64,000 nucleotides of DNA from contig NC_068998.1 in NCBI RefSeq assembly GCF_001194135.2, positions 55,209,331 through 55,273,330 on the forward strand. The letters are read 5' to 3'. The stretch comes from Octopus bimaculoides. Lineage: Eukaryota. Shown here one piece after another: positions 42,113-55,602 of this stretch. A model generated the notes under the pieces. The model saw only the letters and a list, made by a program, of their open reading frames with translations, searched no databases and was not told the origin of the DNA. The number at the start of each line of letters is the position of its first letter. Position 1 is the first letter of the stretch. A program made the translations under genes and the position numbers.

Positions 42113-45100
42113 TTGAAATATTTCTTTGTTCTGAAGTTATCCTTTTGCTTTCAGTTTTTTTCATCTTCGTATGTTTGGTAAGAGAGTTTGTTAGAGAGGA
42201 GATGGCCTTATTTGAAAAGATATCATTTACATTTTGGAGTGAAATCTTCTGAGAGGATCAGATCCTGAATGGTAAACTCAATAAAGATTATCATTGATAC
42301 CTGGTGGTAGTAATTCAAGGGGATGTTTGATTTGAAGGCTGTTGTTTAATGGAGAATTATAATATCTTTTTGGATATAGGAATGAAGTGTGTAAAAATTG
42401 ATAGACATTCGAAATGAGATCGACAGATATTCTAAATCACATTCAATAGAAAATTGATTGGCAATCATTGACTCATTGATCTTCTTCTGAATTGCTTTCT
42501 TAGGCATATAATTCCTTCTTTTCTCTTTTATTTCTTTCTATCAGCATCACAACAGGTTCTACTCTTCTGAATTAGTTGTAAAACCTGTACAACACGGTCT
42601 ATTTGACCCAGCACAAACCACTCCATCCTGGCCCTTCTCCCCAGAACTGCAGTCCTTTAGTAATCCCACTCTGCCCATCAGTCTCCTCATTAATGGAAGG
42701 CCTGCAATGGTCCTAGGAACTGATTGTCCTCTCCCAAATTCTTAGATTAAAATATTAAACATATGGGAGAGGGGGAGCTGGATTTTCACAAAAGTACAAA
42801 AGTATTTTTAAGAAGCTTGAGGAAACATTTTCCAAAGCAAAATGACAAGTCCTTTGTGTGCTTTTCATTATATCTGTATTATTATTAATAGTAATAATAA
42901 TGATATATAGCCTACTGTGATATGTATTAATTAGTAGATTAGTTGTGGACCTAGATTTTAAATATTCATATTGCTATTCACTTGAAGAGGGGAGTAAAAT
43001 ATGTGTGTGGTTGTGTGAGGAAGTTGGAAATGATCGTTAAGGATTGATTCCATAAAAACTGATGAGGAGGGATTGGCTGGTTAGCTACCTCAAAAGTCTT
43101 TCATTTGTATAGACACTAATTAGTAGAGGCACTAATTGTGAAATAATTTACTTGAGTGTAATGGCTAATGTTTGAAGTTGGAAGATTGAGAAATTTAAGT
43201 CTGAATCCAGGATTGTAGAAAAGTGGTAGAATTATGGTGATTTGAAATTGGAAACAGTAGAAGAGAAAGTCATGTTGTGGATGATGATGATGATGATGAT
43301 GTTATTGGTGTTGTGTAAGAAACTGTCTTTCATTTAGCAGAAGAAAAAAAAGTTGGTTTGCTGAAATGAAGAAATGTTGGCATGAAATTGGAATAAATTA
43401 ACAGTTCTGTCTCAGCTTTTTCTAATGTTGTTTTGGCAATTGCAAAAACCTTGTTTTATTCTTGCACTGTAAATGTATTTCTTCATAAAATCCTTTTTGA
43501 TTTCTGACTTTATGAAGACTAAGGAATAGTTAAAGACATTGTAAAACAAAAAAAGCAAAAAATACTTGTTATACATTTTGCTGCTTTAATGAATTCAGCT
43601 AAGAAGGAGGCTTGTTTACCAAGAATTCTTGTAGTTTTTATGTATATGACCAAGTTGTAGAGGAAATATTAAGCATTGAAGCAGAATCGAGAGGAATCGT
43701 AGAGAAAGGAAATAATTTTGTAGATGTGGAGTTTGGGTTTTGAAGTTGGAAAGAAAATGTGTTTTGGATTATCAAAGGAACGAGTGGAGAAACAACTGCA
43801 TCTCACAGAGATGTTGTGCACTTTAATTTGAAATTGTATTTGCTTCTTAACCTTTGAATTTTATTGGTTCTTAGTGACCAAAGTGGAATAATTGGAAGTT
43901 TGGGTCAAAAAATAAAAGATTTTTGAGACATATCATGCATCACATTCTGTAGATGAAAAAATAGAAGTCACTAAAGCACGTAAGATGAATAACTCTACAT
44001 GATAGAGCAATCTTGTGAAGGTAGCAATGGAAGTATTGCTGTGGTTGACTTTCTATATTCATTTGGTTTTTGCGTGAAGTTGGCAAGAATATGTAAAATC
44101 TAAACAATAGGAATAGCTTCGTTTAAAAACAAAAATGTTACAATACCATTGAAAAGAAAGATGCTTCATTTAATTTTGACTGGTATAACAATTCTACAGA
44201 GAAAAGTCCCCTAAAATTCATTGAAAATTATAGTTTTGATTCTATTATTATTAAGATTATTTGAATCAATTTTTCATGCTATATCATAATTCCTATTCTT
44301 CATACTCCTCACATGTCTGTGAGGTTGGACAACATGTTTACTTCAAACTTCACCACATATCATCTCTTCTGATTCTGCAAATATATTCCTTTATCAATAC
44401 ACACTGCTTGAGTACTTTCCCACCCAACAGCTGCTGTCTATACACATTATGTATGTTTGTATGTACATAAATGCATGTATGTGTGTGAGGATACACATAC
44501 ACACACACACATATATATATATATATATCTCAATGCAGCTGCTTCTTTTGAATGCCTTGGACAATGTCGTCAATGCTGAAGTGTCTTCTCGTTCTATTTG
44601 TGCTCAGGGTTTTCATGCAGTTTCACATTCCAAAGACTGTTTTCCACTCTGTCCAGCCCTTCCTTCCCCTGCATCTTATTCATTTAGTGCTTATGTGTCA
44701 CCCATTTGAACATTAATCTCCTTTGGGGGCGGCCACATCAAAATTCAACTGATGTTCAATTACAATAATACTTATTATTCTGTCTTTCACACAACTTGTG
44801 CTATTTCTAAATTAAATGCACTTAGTCCACTACGTAGAGGTTGACAGGAGGAACCACACTCAGAGACAAAATTATAGATTTCAAATCTATGCCCTCTTGA
44901 AAACCATTAAATATTTCTTATTCTTTAATATTCATGGGATTTCTGTTGTTATGAAAACTTTCTTCTTATAATATTTCTTGAAAGTATTTCTTTGAAATGC
45001 TTGTTTTAGATAAACTCTAAAATAATTGTTTTTTGGGGGCAGTGCCTTGTTTACTTTCATCTGTCAATTAATTTGAGCTGATGAATAAATTGTCATTTTC

Positions 45101-45684
45101 CTGTTTTAAAGAGATAATTGTCTGTATAAAGAGGAATTGTTAGTTAAGTGGCCATTTCCTGAGTTGGATACAACACAATTGTTGTGTTTTTTGTTCATCA
45201 GTTTTACTGAAGGTTCTTTTATTTCCTTGGAACCCTAACCTCTATCTGTGAGTTCCTTTATTTCAAGCATTTCACATTTAGAAATCTTTAGTTTTTGTTT
45301 GATATAATTTTATTTTCATAGTTTTGTCTTATTGATTATATATTCTGCTGTCTTTTATTTTGTGCCAGGAAGAAATTACAGTGATGGTAATCGTCCTTTT
45401 CTCAATATATAACCTCCATAGCTGTGGCTTACCATCTTTTTTCACATTTCTGGCTTTGTGTATATAATCTGATATGTTATCGACTGTGAAGATATCATCT
45501 TTAAGATTAGAAGCAGCAGATTTAGTCTTAATTTCCAATTAAAGTGGTTTTGTATAGACTCTCTATTAGCATCAGAATATCAATAAATATTGTTTCTACG
45601 GCTTTGATATAATCAAGTTGAAAAGATTTCAAATTATTTCATATTGAATGTTAACTTTTAAACTATTGAAAACAAGCCTCTCTT

Positions 45685-45743
<59 letters not shown>

Positions 45744-46099
45744 CTCTCTCTTTCTCTCTAAATCAGAGAACAAAACAAAATACAAAGAAAATCAAAGACA
45801 TCAAATTAAAAAAACAAACAAACCCATGTTTAATGGCACAAACTCCCCCCAAAAAAACTTCCCTACTGACAGCCCCAGAAATGACTGTGTGCCAGGATAA
45901 TGTGGGCCTTGACCATGTTGCCCTCAATAAATCCCTGGGTACTGTGTGGTCACTGGTTGATCAGCCTTTGTACCATCTGATGATGCCCCATAGTCAAGAA
46001 GTGGGGGGTTTTAAACTGACCAGACTTGGGCCACGTGATGTGGTGGTGGGCTGTTTTGGGTTCTCTCTATTTTCATCATGTAGGGTTTATACTTAATGT

Positions 46100-46310
46100 C
46101 CTTCTGCTCTGTCCAACTCTGTCACCTTCAGCTATTCACTAATGTCTCTCATCACACCTTACTGGAGTTGTCATTGCCAACACCCTGCACACATTGGACA
46201 AATCCAAGGTCCTGAAAAATGTCTGACCCCTGTGAATGCTTCTTTCTCTTGACCTGTACACATCTTAACAAACCGTTTTTGATGTCTCACCAGCTCTGAA
46301 CATAAAGAAC
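46100..46310 (-). mobile_element. Possible highly degenerate RTE RT-region fragment
   Basis: The minus strand gives a WICPMC..GVG.(N)S-like string resembling the RTE WPCSVCRKGVGRNSI motif; heavily frameshifted. Confidence 0.3.
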
Positions 46311-46634
46311 CCTTCTACATTCAAGAGGTTAGCAAGCTCTGAGTCGGAGCCATGAGTCATGTGTTTCTTTCATTTCTTCTTATGTTTGAAAGAGAAAAAC
46401 AAGAAAGAATTTGGTGTTTGATACATATTGTTAGGTTGTCTTTTCTTTCTTTCTTAAGTTTTTTTCTATAAATGTTTGGTTCACACATAACCGGCTTCTT
46501 ACAGTTTCCTTCTCCCAATTCTACTCTCAAGACTGTAGCTCAAAGCCTTAGTTGAAGATATTTGTCCACAGTTCCCTGAAGTGGAAACCCTAAACCATGG
46601 AGTTTGCTTTAAAACTCCATGGTTTAGGAGTTTT

Positions 46635-48996
46635 AAAGAAAATACTACCAAATAAAATAAAATATGTGAATGTTAATGTTTGAGATTAGAATTTAAAAAG
46701 CGAGAGAGAATGTTTAGCTACTTCAAGAATAGAACCAAGCCCATTCGACAGATATAAATATNNNNNNNNNNNNNNNNNNNNNNNNNNNNNNNNNNNNNNN
46801 NNNNNNNNNNNNNNNNNNNNNNNNNNNNNNNNNNNNNNNNNNNNNNNNNNNNNNNNNNNNNNNNNNNNNNNNNNNNNNNNNNNNNNNNNNNNNNNNNNNN
46901 NNNNNNNNNNNNNNNNNNNNNNNNNNNNNNNNNNNNNNNNNNNNNNNNNNNNNNNNNNNNNNNNNNNNNNNNNNNNNNNNNNNNNNNNNNNNNNNNNNNN
47001 NNNNNNNNNNNNNNNNNNNNNNNNNNNNNNNNNNNNNNNNNNNNNNNNNNNNNNNNNNNNNNNNNNNNNNNNNNNNNNNNNNNNNNNNNNNNNNNNNNNN
47101 NNNNNNNNNNNNNNNNNNNNNNNNNNNNNNNNNNNNNNNNNNNNNNNNNNNNNNNNNNNNNNNNNNNNNNNNNNNNNNNNNNNNNNNNNNNNNNNNNNNN
47201 NNNNNNNNNNNNNNNNNNNNNNNNNNNNNNNNNNNNNNNNNNNNNNNNNNNNNNNNNNNNNNNNNNNNNNNNNNNNNNNNNNNNNNNNNNNNNNNNNNNN
47301 NNNNNNNNNNNNNNNNNNNNNNNNNNNNNNNNNNNNNNNNNNNNNNNNNNNNNNNNNNNNNNNNNNNNNNNNNNNNNNNNNNNNNNNNNNNNNNNNNNNN
47401 NNNNNNNNNNNNNATATATATGAATATTTAGCAGAAGTTACAGAGTGACTCAAGAGCTAGGTTTCATGTGTTAGCACTTATCAAACTTGTTAGAAACCAA
47501 GGGGTCATAAATTTATATTCCGGTAATAATGGTATTTCCCTGGATAGTTTTGGAACAAGTTGTAATAACACCCTGGTCTACAAACAATAATTCAAATAAA
47601 AGGAAATATTATTATCTTGATAACAATAATGAGAAGTAATATTTTGGCCGTACTCTAATATATTGTATTCTAAAACATTGAATTTATCATTATGTATACA
47701 AAATTTTGTTGTCATTTATTGTTGTGGTGGCCATGGCTATTTTCAGTTTAATTTTTACTAATTTATTAATCTGCTAAGAAACTGACTATTTATAAGTGAC
47801 TAGTCTTAGATACTCAATGAATATTAATGACTATGTACTAGACACTACGTGTAGATGCTAAATGACTGGCAATCTGGTCTGATGACTTCTCTTCATCTGC
47901 AACAGTTTAACAGGATATAAATATTCATTTACTTATTGATATTTTGGTTCACTTGTTTTGTATTACAACATATTTTGGAATTGAGTCAACAACCTAAGCT
48001 TGTTTTGTTGTGGACTATCACCAATTCAGTTTGTTCCGCTTGACTAAATGCTATGGCCCACAAAGTGGTGGGGTTCATTAAGTGTTCAGTAATGGGTTGT
48101 TACATTCTTACATACACGACATGTAAATATTGTTGTCTTAGGTTGAGTTGTTTGTAAAAATACTTTCATTGGAACTATGTTCAGAATATCACTTCATCTT
48201 TTAGAAGAAAACGAATAAATGAAGAGCAATTTGCTTTCAAACTAAAAGTTATTTTCCTTCAATTTATGGCTTTTCCAGCAAGTGTAATAATGGTGTGTAA
48301 AATGGCTTTGTTTTGCTTCATAGAGCTATTAGTAATTTAACATATAAGGTGATGTAAATTAGAATTATTCTTGCTTTTTGCCAGTTCTATGTGTGAAGAA
48401 TACGATATATAGAATCTACAGTTTTGGCACATAAACTTGAGTTTAGAAGTTAAGGGTCAAGTTATTGAAGAAATGTTTGAATAATTTTGGGTGTTTTTTT
48501 TCCTTCAATTTAAACTATTTCATAGGCTAAAACTTGATATCTTTGTCTGAAAGTAAGCATATTTCCAATTTGTAATTAGCACCTATTTTCACCTAGGTAA
48601 TCAAATAAAATGCCTCCTGCAGGGACCTCACAACCTATTGGTTAAGTATTTTAACATCCTACAAATTCTAACACAATGAAAAGCATTTTCTGGATCAAAG
48701 GAAATTTTGTTTTTGCTGTTACAAAAATTAAATAACACTACCAGGACAAAAATGAAGCCATTAAAATATACATTTCTGACTAGAGATTCCCAAAATCAAA
48801 AGTTAATCTAAAAGCTTCATTTGAATCAGGAAGCTAAAACTCATTTATAAACTTCAAAGTTAAACTTTGTAGCAAATTCTTCAACAATGTCTTACATTTC
48901 TTTTATTCCAATCCTTTCCTAAAAACTGGTAACATAAAACAAAGAAATGTAATAAAGAAAATTTATAAATAAGCTAATTTGTATAATCATTTACTT

Positions 48997-49032
<36 letters not shown>

Positions 49033-49885
49033 TCTATCCTCTCTCTCTCTCTCTCTCTCTCACACATAAACAAATCATTAATTTGATTTGTTTTATTGGT
49101 TTTTTTTCACTTGGATTTTGTTATTTTTTTTTATACCACTGAGTTTGTTTTTTCCAAACTCAGTCAAATGATCTAACATTTAATTTGTTTTTAACGATTG
49201 TATGTGTGTCGGGAATCATTTCAGCTGTTTGTATTTTTTTATGGTCATGTAATGATGTTGTTTGTTAATTATTGATTATATTAAATTATTCAATATTTTG
49301 GTTTATTCACTCCTGGCATCTACGTACTTGGCTTGGTTGCTGCAGTCAGCTTCTTACAAATATGGTTCAGAATAAAAGTGCAATGAAATCAGCCAACAGA
49401 TTTGAAGCAATTCAGAATTAAGGAGTTTTTATAAATCGAGCAGTTTTTCGATTCTTATTCAGATTTGTCCAAGTCAAATCGAATAAAAAGATTAAAAGTA
49501 TTTTATAGGCAGCTATAGACATTATACTAATTTATATTTAATATCTCGTTAATATTAGTCAGGCTTTTTTTTTTTAATTTGAAGCAAAAGTATATGTTAG
49601 TTACTTCCTTGTGTGAAATAATTAATCTAAAATTAGTAACAAATATTTCCAGATTTAAATCTTATTTCTCATTGTAATGAGATTTTCTCTGTTGATAAAA
49701 GTGAAAGTGGAGTTGCTAATGTAGCAACAGAAATATCTTATTCTTTACATAATCTAATATATTTATATCTGTCGAATGGGCTTGGTTCTATTCTTGAAGT
49801 AGCTAAACATTCTCTCTCTCTTTTTAAATTCTAATCTCAAACATTAACATTCACATATTTTATTTTATTTGGTAGTATTTTCTTT
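46635..49885. repeat. Long inverted repeat: 46635-46761 vs 49759-49885 (127 bp, 1 mismatch)
   Basis: Read directly: the left arm aaagaaaatactacc...cccattcgacagatataaatat is the reverse complement of the right arm. The left arm runs into the N-gap at 46762-47413. Confidence 0.9.
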
Positions 49886-50007
49886 TATTTAAAAATAAAA
49901 AAGTAAAATCAATAATTAAAAGAATGGTCTTGTAATCTGTTAGAATAACAGTGGTTAATATATGTACAGTTCTTAGCCATTTAATTGTATAACATAAAGC
50001 ATTACTC

Positions 50008-50038
<31 letters not shown>

Positions 50039-50400
50039 TAATGACATAATACTTTAATGAAATAAGGTTTCCCTTGACTTTCAGCCAGAAGCTGACGTTT
50101 GCTTTCAATGAACTCAGGGTTAAACACTTTAATTGTCGAAGATGTTGTATTGTTAATAACGAGGTGTTTTTTACTGCAGCTGCAACAAGTTTCGTGATTG
50201 CCACCACATCACATAAAGCTGCAGCGCTGCACAAATAACAGAAGAATCAAGTGTTGTTATGGTTTGTGGAAAGGATGCTGATGACTGTAACAATGGGGGG
50301 GGGGCGCGGGGGAGACGTGCGTTATTGGATTGCGAAAAGGTAGATGTACTTAGAAACGATGGAACAGCTGCTACTACTACTACTGTTGCTGCTGCTGTTG

Positions 50401-50433
<33 letters not shown>

Positions 50434-50804
50434 GTGCTACTGGAGCTGTTGTTGCAATTACTGCAGCTGCTACTGCAACCCACTAGGTTGATGTCAAGCT
50501 TGTATTTATTAACAACAACAGTTGCAGTAAGGAAACGATTTGAAAAAACAAAAAACTATGTCTCCTGAAAGTCAAATACTGCAGTGAGAGTCAACTCGAT
50601 CAACACTGTTGTTGTTAATAATCATAATCATAATCATAATATTAATTAACTAATTCATTCATTCATGATTTGGTGCTAAATTGACTGGATTGTTTGAACG
50701 TCATGGATTAGTGTGACCTCTGAAGTCCGATCGCAACATCTTTTCACTTGTGTCACCATTATTAGAACCGCTGTTCTAACAGTGAAATAATAAAAACTGT
50801 TGGA

Positions 50805-50870
50805 ATGGAAGGACCAGCACCGGCTTCTCCTTCAAAGAGGATGAAATCAACTGGATGGGGGCTAGTTACG
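50805..50870 (+). CDS. Candidate alternative first exon, coding part MEGPAPASPSKRMKSTGWGLVT (phase 0)
   Basis: ATG with G at -3 and +4, 22 codons, donor ACG|GTTAGA (same intronic hexamer as the exon 9 donor). Inr-like TTAGT at 50708 with no ATG in between. Lies in a CpG-retaining island. Confidence 0.45.
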
Positions 50871-52830
50871 GTTAGAAAAACTATTTTTTCCCCCTCTTAG
50901 CTCATCGTCTCATTTATTATATTTGTGTTGATGTTATATTACTTTTCCGGCCTCAGCTAGCAACACCGACGGCCAGGAGAATCGATGCCGGACTAATATA
51001 TATATACTCGTGTTTAGCAGATAATAATAATAATGATAATAATAATCGTATAATTTGTAGCAGCTTTAAAATATGAGTATTGCTTTTGTGGGTCGGGAGT
51101 TTGGCAAATTTATTAATAATAGATTTGAAATATCTGTCGTATGAAAAATTATGAAATGTTTAAACTAAAAAAATATTGTGTGAAGACTGAATCAGTGAAA
51201 TTTATGAAACGAAATCTTTTGTGAAATAAGCTTTTCTTTTTGATTTCCTGTTGAAGTCCAGACGTAATATAATAATATATTTATTACAATTGTATTTATA
51301 TTGTAATTAAGGTGAAATCTGCGATCCACCTCCACACATTTGGTTTTCTCTTTACACTTTCTCTTTCTGTGAAAAACTCGTTCATTCATTGTTGACCATC
51401 TTTAAGCAGCTGTCTTCGGTTTCTCTTTCTCATCAAAGGTTTCTTAGCTGTCGCAGTCCACCGCGGTTTATTGTTGTCGCTTGTCAATGAATGACTGCGT
51501 TGACGACTGGAATTTCTAGGGGGTATGGTTGTAGATTGACAAGGAAAAAATATTTGGAATGCTATTTTAGAACGTAAATAATTTATTTAAAATCAACAGC
51601 AGAACTAAACACATTCACGAAACGCATTGATTTATTAATTTTCTTGATATCTTTTGTCATTTTTGTGATATTAAAAAATATATATTTTGGAATAATAGAA
51701 ACCGTTCACCTGTCATCAGTTAATTCGGTGCACCTTTTTTAAACTCCTTCGTTGCTTTAATATAAGGTTGACAAAACAATAATATTAGAGCTTTTTTTAA
51801 AGTCTCGGTAAGAGTAAATGAATAATTAACTTGATTTTCTGGATATAATTTATTAAATACAACCCTAGAATTTTTCTAGTCGATACACAATTCCAAGACA
51901 TAAAAAAAAAGAATCCCCCGTTCACACACAGACGCAATTTAATGATTTTGAATTAGGTTTGTTTATATAAGATTCCTCTTATTTATTTCGTTGTGTAGCT
52001 CTGATTTGTCCTGACAATAATGTCCAGCCAGCAATGATGTCATAACTGTTACATGCCTTACTCTCTGCACCATCGATATTGTCATTGTGGTCAGCTTTAT
52101 CGTCATTTTTGCTTATTGTCCTTCTTAAAATCTATTTCATTTGAACTTTATTTCCTTTATTTTTTTTTAATCCTGTTAGTTTAACGATGTCAATGAAAAA
52201 AATAAATTTTGGGAAAGTTGATTCAGAACTTGAGATTAACATATTTGAAAGTAAATATTTCTTTACGTGTATAAACTTGTTGTGAAATGAGAAAGACAAT
52301 AATAATTATTGTAGTATCAATATTATAAATAGAAATATTTACATAGAAAAAATACTTTTTATTGCTCATAAATTAATTTCTTGAGCTAAAATCAATTAAA
52401 GACTAGATTTAATGATATAATAGGAGCCAAATTACAAACATGCCATGAAGGGATTATACAGGTAAAGCAGCATAGAATAGACATCTTACTGGATATTTCT
52501 GTAGTGTATCTGGAACAGGTAAAACTAGAGGAGCCACCTTACTCTAAGTTGTATCTATGGCAAGTATTGATTCATGACAACATTGCAAGGTAACAAAATC
52601 TTTACGGTTTTGTCTCTGCTGGTTCCAGTCAGGAGGGACTAGATTATGGAAACCCCGAAATGCTGGAAATAAAACGAACTGCTGATCCATCAGCCAATAA
52701 CAATACCATAGCCATCTTTGTGTATGTGTGCACGTGGGAAAAGATAGATATTTGAAATCATGAACCCATCCTGGTTTTATAAAGGTGGCCCCGCAATCAA
52801 AACGAGTCTACATAAAAATTAAAAAAAAAA

Positions 52831-52992
52831 GGTATGGCTGTGTGGTAAGAAGCTTGCTTTCCAACCACATGGTTCTGGGTTCAGTCCCACTGTGTGGCGG
52901 ACAAGTGCCTTGTACTATAGACATGGGCTGACCAAAGCCTTGTGAGTGGATTTGGTAGATGGAAGATAAAAGAAGCCCATTGTATGTATGTA

Positions 52993-53041
<49 letters not shown>

Positions 53042-53255
53042 GTGTGTCTGTGTTTGTTCCTCTCCATCACTGTTTGACAACCGGTGTTGGTGTGTTTACA
53101 TCCCCATAATGCAGCAGTGCAGCAAAAGAGACTGGTAGGATAGGTACCAGGCTTAAAAAAGTAACTTTTGGGGTTGATTTGTTTGACTAAAACCTTTCAG
53201 TGTGGTGCTCTAGCATGGCCACAGTCAAATGACTGAAACAAGTAAAAGAATAAAA
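52831..53255 (+). mobile_element. Full-length tRNA-derived SINE (family A) with internal (TA/TG)n microsatellite
   Basis: Head TGGCTGTGTGGTAAG (A-box-like) and GGGTTCAGTCCC (B-box-like), body, internal microsatellite, and 3' end gactgaaacaagtaaaaga. Partial copies on + at about 2400, 4860, 23690, 28555, 30065, 36500, 40620 and on - at about 9585, 11150, 17480, 34140, 37290, 46490, 63370. Confidence 0.85.
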
Positions 53256-53700
53256 AAATATAAGTGTATAATCTTCTTTCATTACTCATCTTACTTCATT
53301 AAAAGAAACTTCAAAGTAAATATCTGAAGGCAATGATAGCTCTTCCTGCTAAAAGATGGCACATTGTGCCTGTTTAAAGAATTTATGTAGGAATCTGTTT
53401 TTGTTGATGAAAGATTCTGTTGTTCAACCCTAAAAGATTGTCATGATTTATACCCCTTCTTTATCAAAATTTAGTCCAACTAGTAAGGTACTAGTAAGCA
53501 ATGGGAACTAGTGGTGGTCTGTGTTGGTAAACGAAAGACTAGAAACAGTTGAAAAGTCTACAAAATGGATTGTTGTACTGCATGTCCATCATTGCCCTTC
53601 ACCTGGTGGTTGTAGTCACTTGTTACTTCCTGATTATAATAAAGACAAGGACATAACCCAATCTCATCAGGGCGCTGAGAAGGGGGCTAAAGTTGTAAAT

Positions 53701-53851
53701 CAGGGTTTCTTAACTCTTTTGTCACACATCCCCTAAAAAGTTATCATTAAAACTTTATTGCAAATTTTCTTCACTTATTCCTTGCTGACGTCCCATTGTG
53801 AAGTGCCACATTCCACCAAAATATTGTCACAGTCCACTTTGAGAAACACTG
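53701..53851. mobile_element. hAT(Charlie)-like MITE
   Basis: TIRs CAGGGTTTCTTAA and TTGAGAAACACTG (reverse complement CAGTGTTTCTCAA); degenerate 8-bp flanks TTGTAAAT/CTGTGAAC (5/8 identical). Confidence 0.55.
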
Positions 53852-54604
53852 CTGTGAACGGAATCATAGTAATATGAAAAGCTGAACAAGTGTTACGTTC
53901 ATTTACAATCAAAGACATAAACTGAATATAATTAAGGAATTTTACCATTCTGATGTTGGTTCTCAATGAACAGCAACTCGTTTCTAGGGTCACCAACATT
54001 CCACTTTTACATTTTGCTTTAAATTTATTGAAAATCTATGTCTGTAGGTGTTGCATGTTGATGGTTGTCCTGTCACCTGATAAATTATGGAGATGACCAA
54101 AGTGCACTTCCTTGCATTGTTGTTGTTTTCAAATGATGCCTTCCCATTGCTTAGTAGAGCAGGCCAGCATTCAACCTGAATGGAACACCAATCCATTGCA
54201 GGGTTGTCACCTACTTACAGCCAAGTAGACTGAAGCTACATGAAATGATGTGTTTTGCTCAAGAAGACAATGGACCACTGATCTAGGAACTGAAACCACA
54301 ATCTTGCTATCATGACAGCAACACCCTAACCACTAGGCAATGCACCTTCACTTACAATAAAAGGTAATCACAAAGAATAATAGTGTTAGGTTAATTGGGA
54401 GAAGAGGCGGGGCTGACCAAATACCTCCCTGTTCCAAAGTCAAAAGTTTAAGTACCAGAAATTATCTAGGGTTGGCTTTGTTGAAGGTGATGGTCCTGCA
54501 TGGCTACAGTTCAGTGACTGAAACCAGAAAAAGGAATTCAAGAATATTGCCAAACTTCTTTATTGATATTGAACTGGGGCAAATCGAAGATCTTATTTTG
54601 TAAT

Positions 54605-54802
54605 TCACTCTAAATTTCCAATAAGGTTTCCATCTGGAGATTCTCCAGGTAACAAACTTCTAATTTTATGAGCTTGAAGGAACATTTTGGCCAATTTGGC
54701 TGAATGACCAGAAAAATTATCATATTGGTATATTGCCAGCCTTGGCGACTGACATCTCTTGTGTATTAATGGAAGAAGATTATTTTTTATGAAAAAAGAC
54801 AA
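54605..54802 (-). mobile_element. Tc1-like transposase remnant (second D and E catalytic motifs)
   Basis: IYQYDNFSGHSAKLAKMFLQAHKIRSLLPGESPDGNLIGNLE resembles FQQDNAPxH...WPxNSPDLNPIENLW. Confidence 0.65.
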
Positions 54803-55154
54803 AATATAGTCTGCATGAGTATTTTCAAGAGGTGGTAGAAATTAGTCAACAGTTTAATTGCTGACAGTAGGATTTAAAATTTTAATTATATCAGAAATAT
54901 TAATTATTAAATTTTATACAAATATATCTAATTTTATGTTTTGTTAGATGTGTGAGAAATGTGAAAGGAATGTTTCAAGTGGGTGGAGGTGGTCAGCACT
55001 TGGCTAGTTTAAAGGATCTGAGGTTAACGTTATAGGAAGAGATCAAGTCTGTGCAGAGGTTGTAGTGTGTTGTTGATGGAAGAGTCTTCTTCAATTAGGG
55101 CTGTTTTGCTATCACTCATTAGTTTAATTTTGAAGTGCAGAAAAGTCTAGTTCA

Positions 55155-55348
55155 ACTAATTAGCATTCTGATAAGTCTGTCAAATGTTTTCAATTAATCA
55201 TGCATTAATTTGTAATTTCAAGATGTTGATGATGTGAATGTTTATTTTTAGAAATACATTGTAGGGTAGGTGTGAGAGGCTGGATCTGGTCAGTTTGAAA
55301 ACAGGTAGAATATTTGGGCTGGATATGATCAGTTTAAAAACTAAAGGG
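55155..55348. mobile_element. piggyBac-like MITE copy (opposite orientation)
   Basis: Ends CTAAAGGG|TTAA; core is the reverse complement of the 33100 and 41476 copies. Confidence 0.65.
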
Positions 55349-55530
55349 TTAAAATTATCTGGAAAATGAAATTAAAAGAATTTTTTTTGGTTTTTATGCT
55401 GGCAGACAAAAGGTTCATATCTATTTTGGTTGGAGATTTTCATGTGGGATTTTATTCATGTAAAGCAGTAACTGATAAGACAACATTTATAGAATATCAA
55501 ATTGTTGTGTTCTGTCTCACCCTCAGTTTC

Positions 55531-55602
55531 TTTAGAGTACCTCTATTGTTTAGAGTACCTCTATTGTTTAGAGTACCTCTATTGTTTAGAGTACCTCTAT
55601 TG
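55531..55602. repeat. Minisatellite, 18-bp unit TTTAGAGTACCTCTATTG, 4 copies
   Basis: Counted directly; explains the FRVPLL repeats in ORF 55366-55641. Confidence 0.95.

Larger units (their letters stand above)
6575..47413. other. Assembly gaps: 6575-7448, 12824-13413, 22579-22603, 28768-28966, 30249-30591, 39375-39383, 46762-47413
   Basis: N runs; most abut microsatellites or young repeats. Confidence 0.99.

Noticed and set aside
6439-47453. Long ORFs containing X runs (6439-7546, 12758-13672, 28623-28988, 30177-30650, 46686-47453)
   Set aside because: Artefacts of translating through N-gaps.
51440-51530. Possible additional donor GG|GTATGG at 51523
   Set aside because: The upstream ATG frames either stop before it or end in phase 2. 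It could only be non-coding, and the evidence is too thin.
52831-52900. tRNA-like A/B boxes here and at 62282 and 62504
   Set aside because: These are SINE heads running into repeat bodies; I could not form a cloverleaf, so they are not called tRNA genes.
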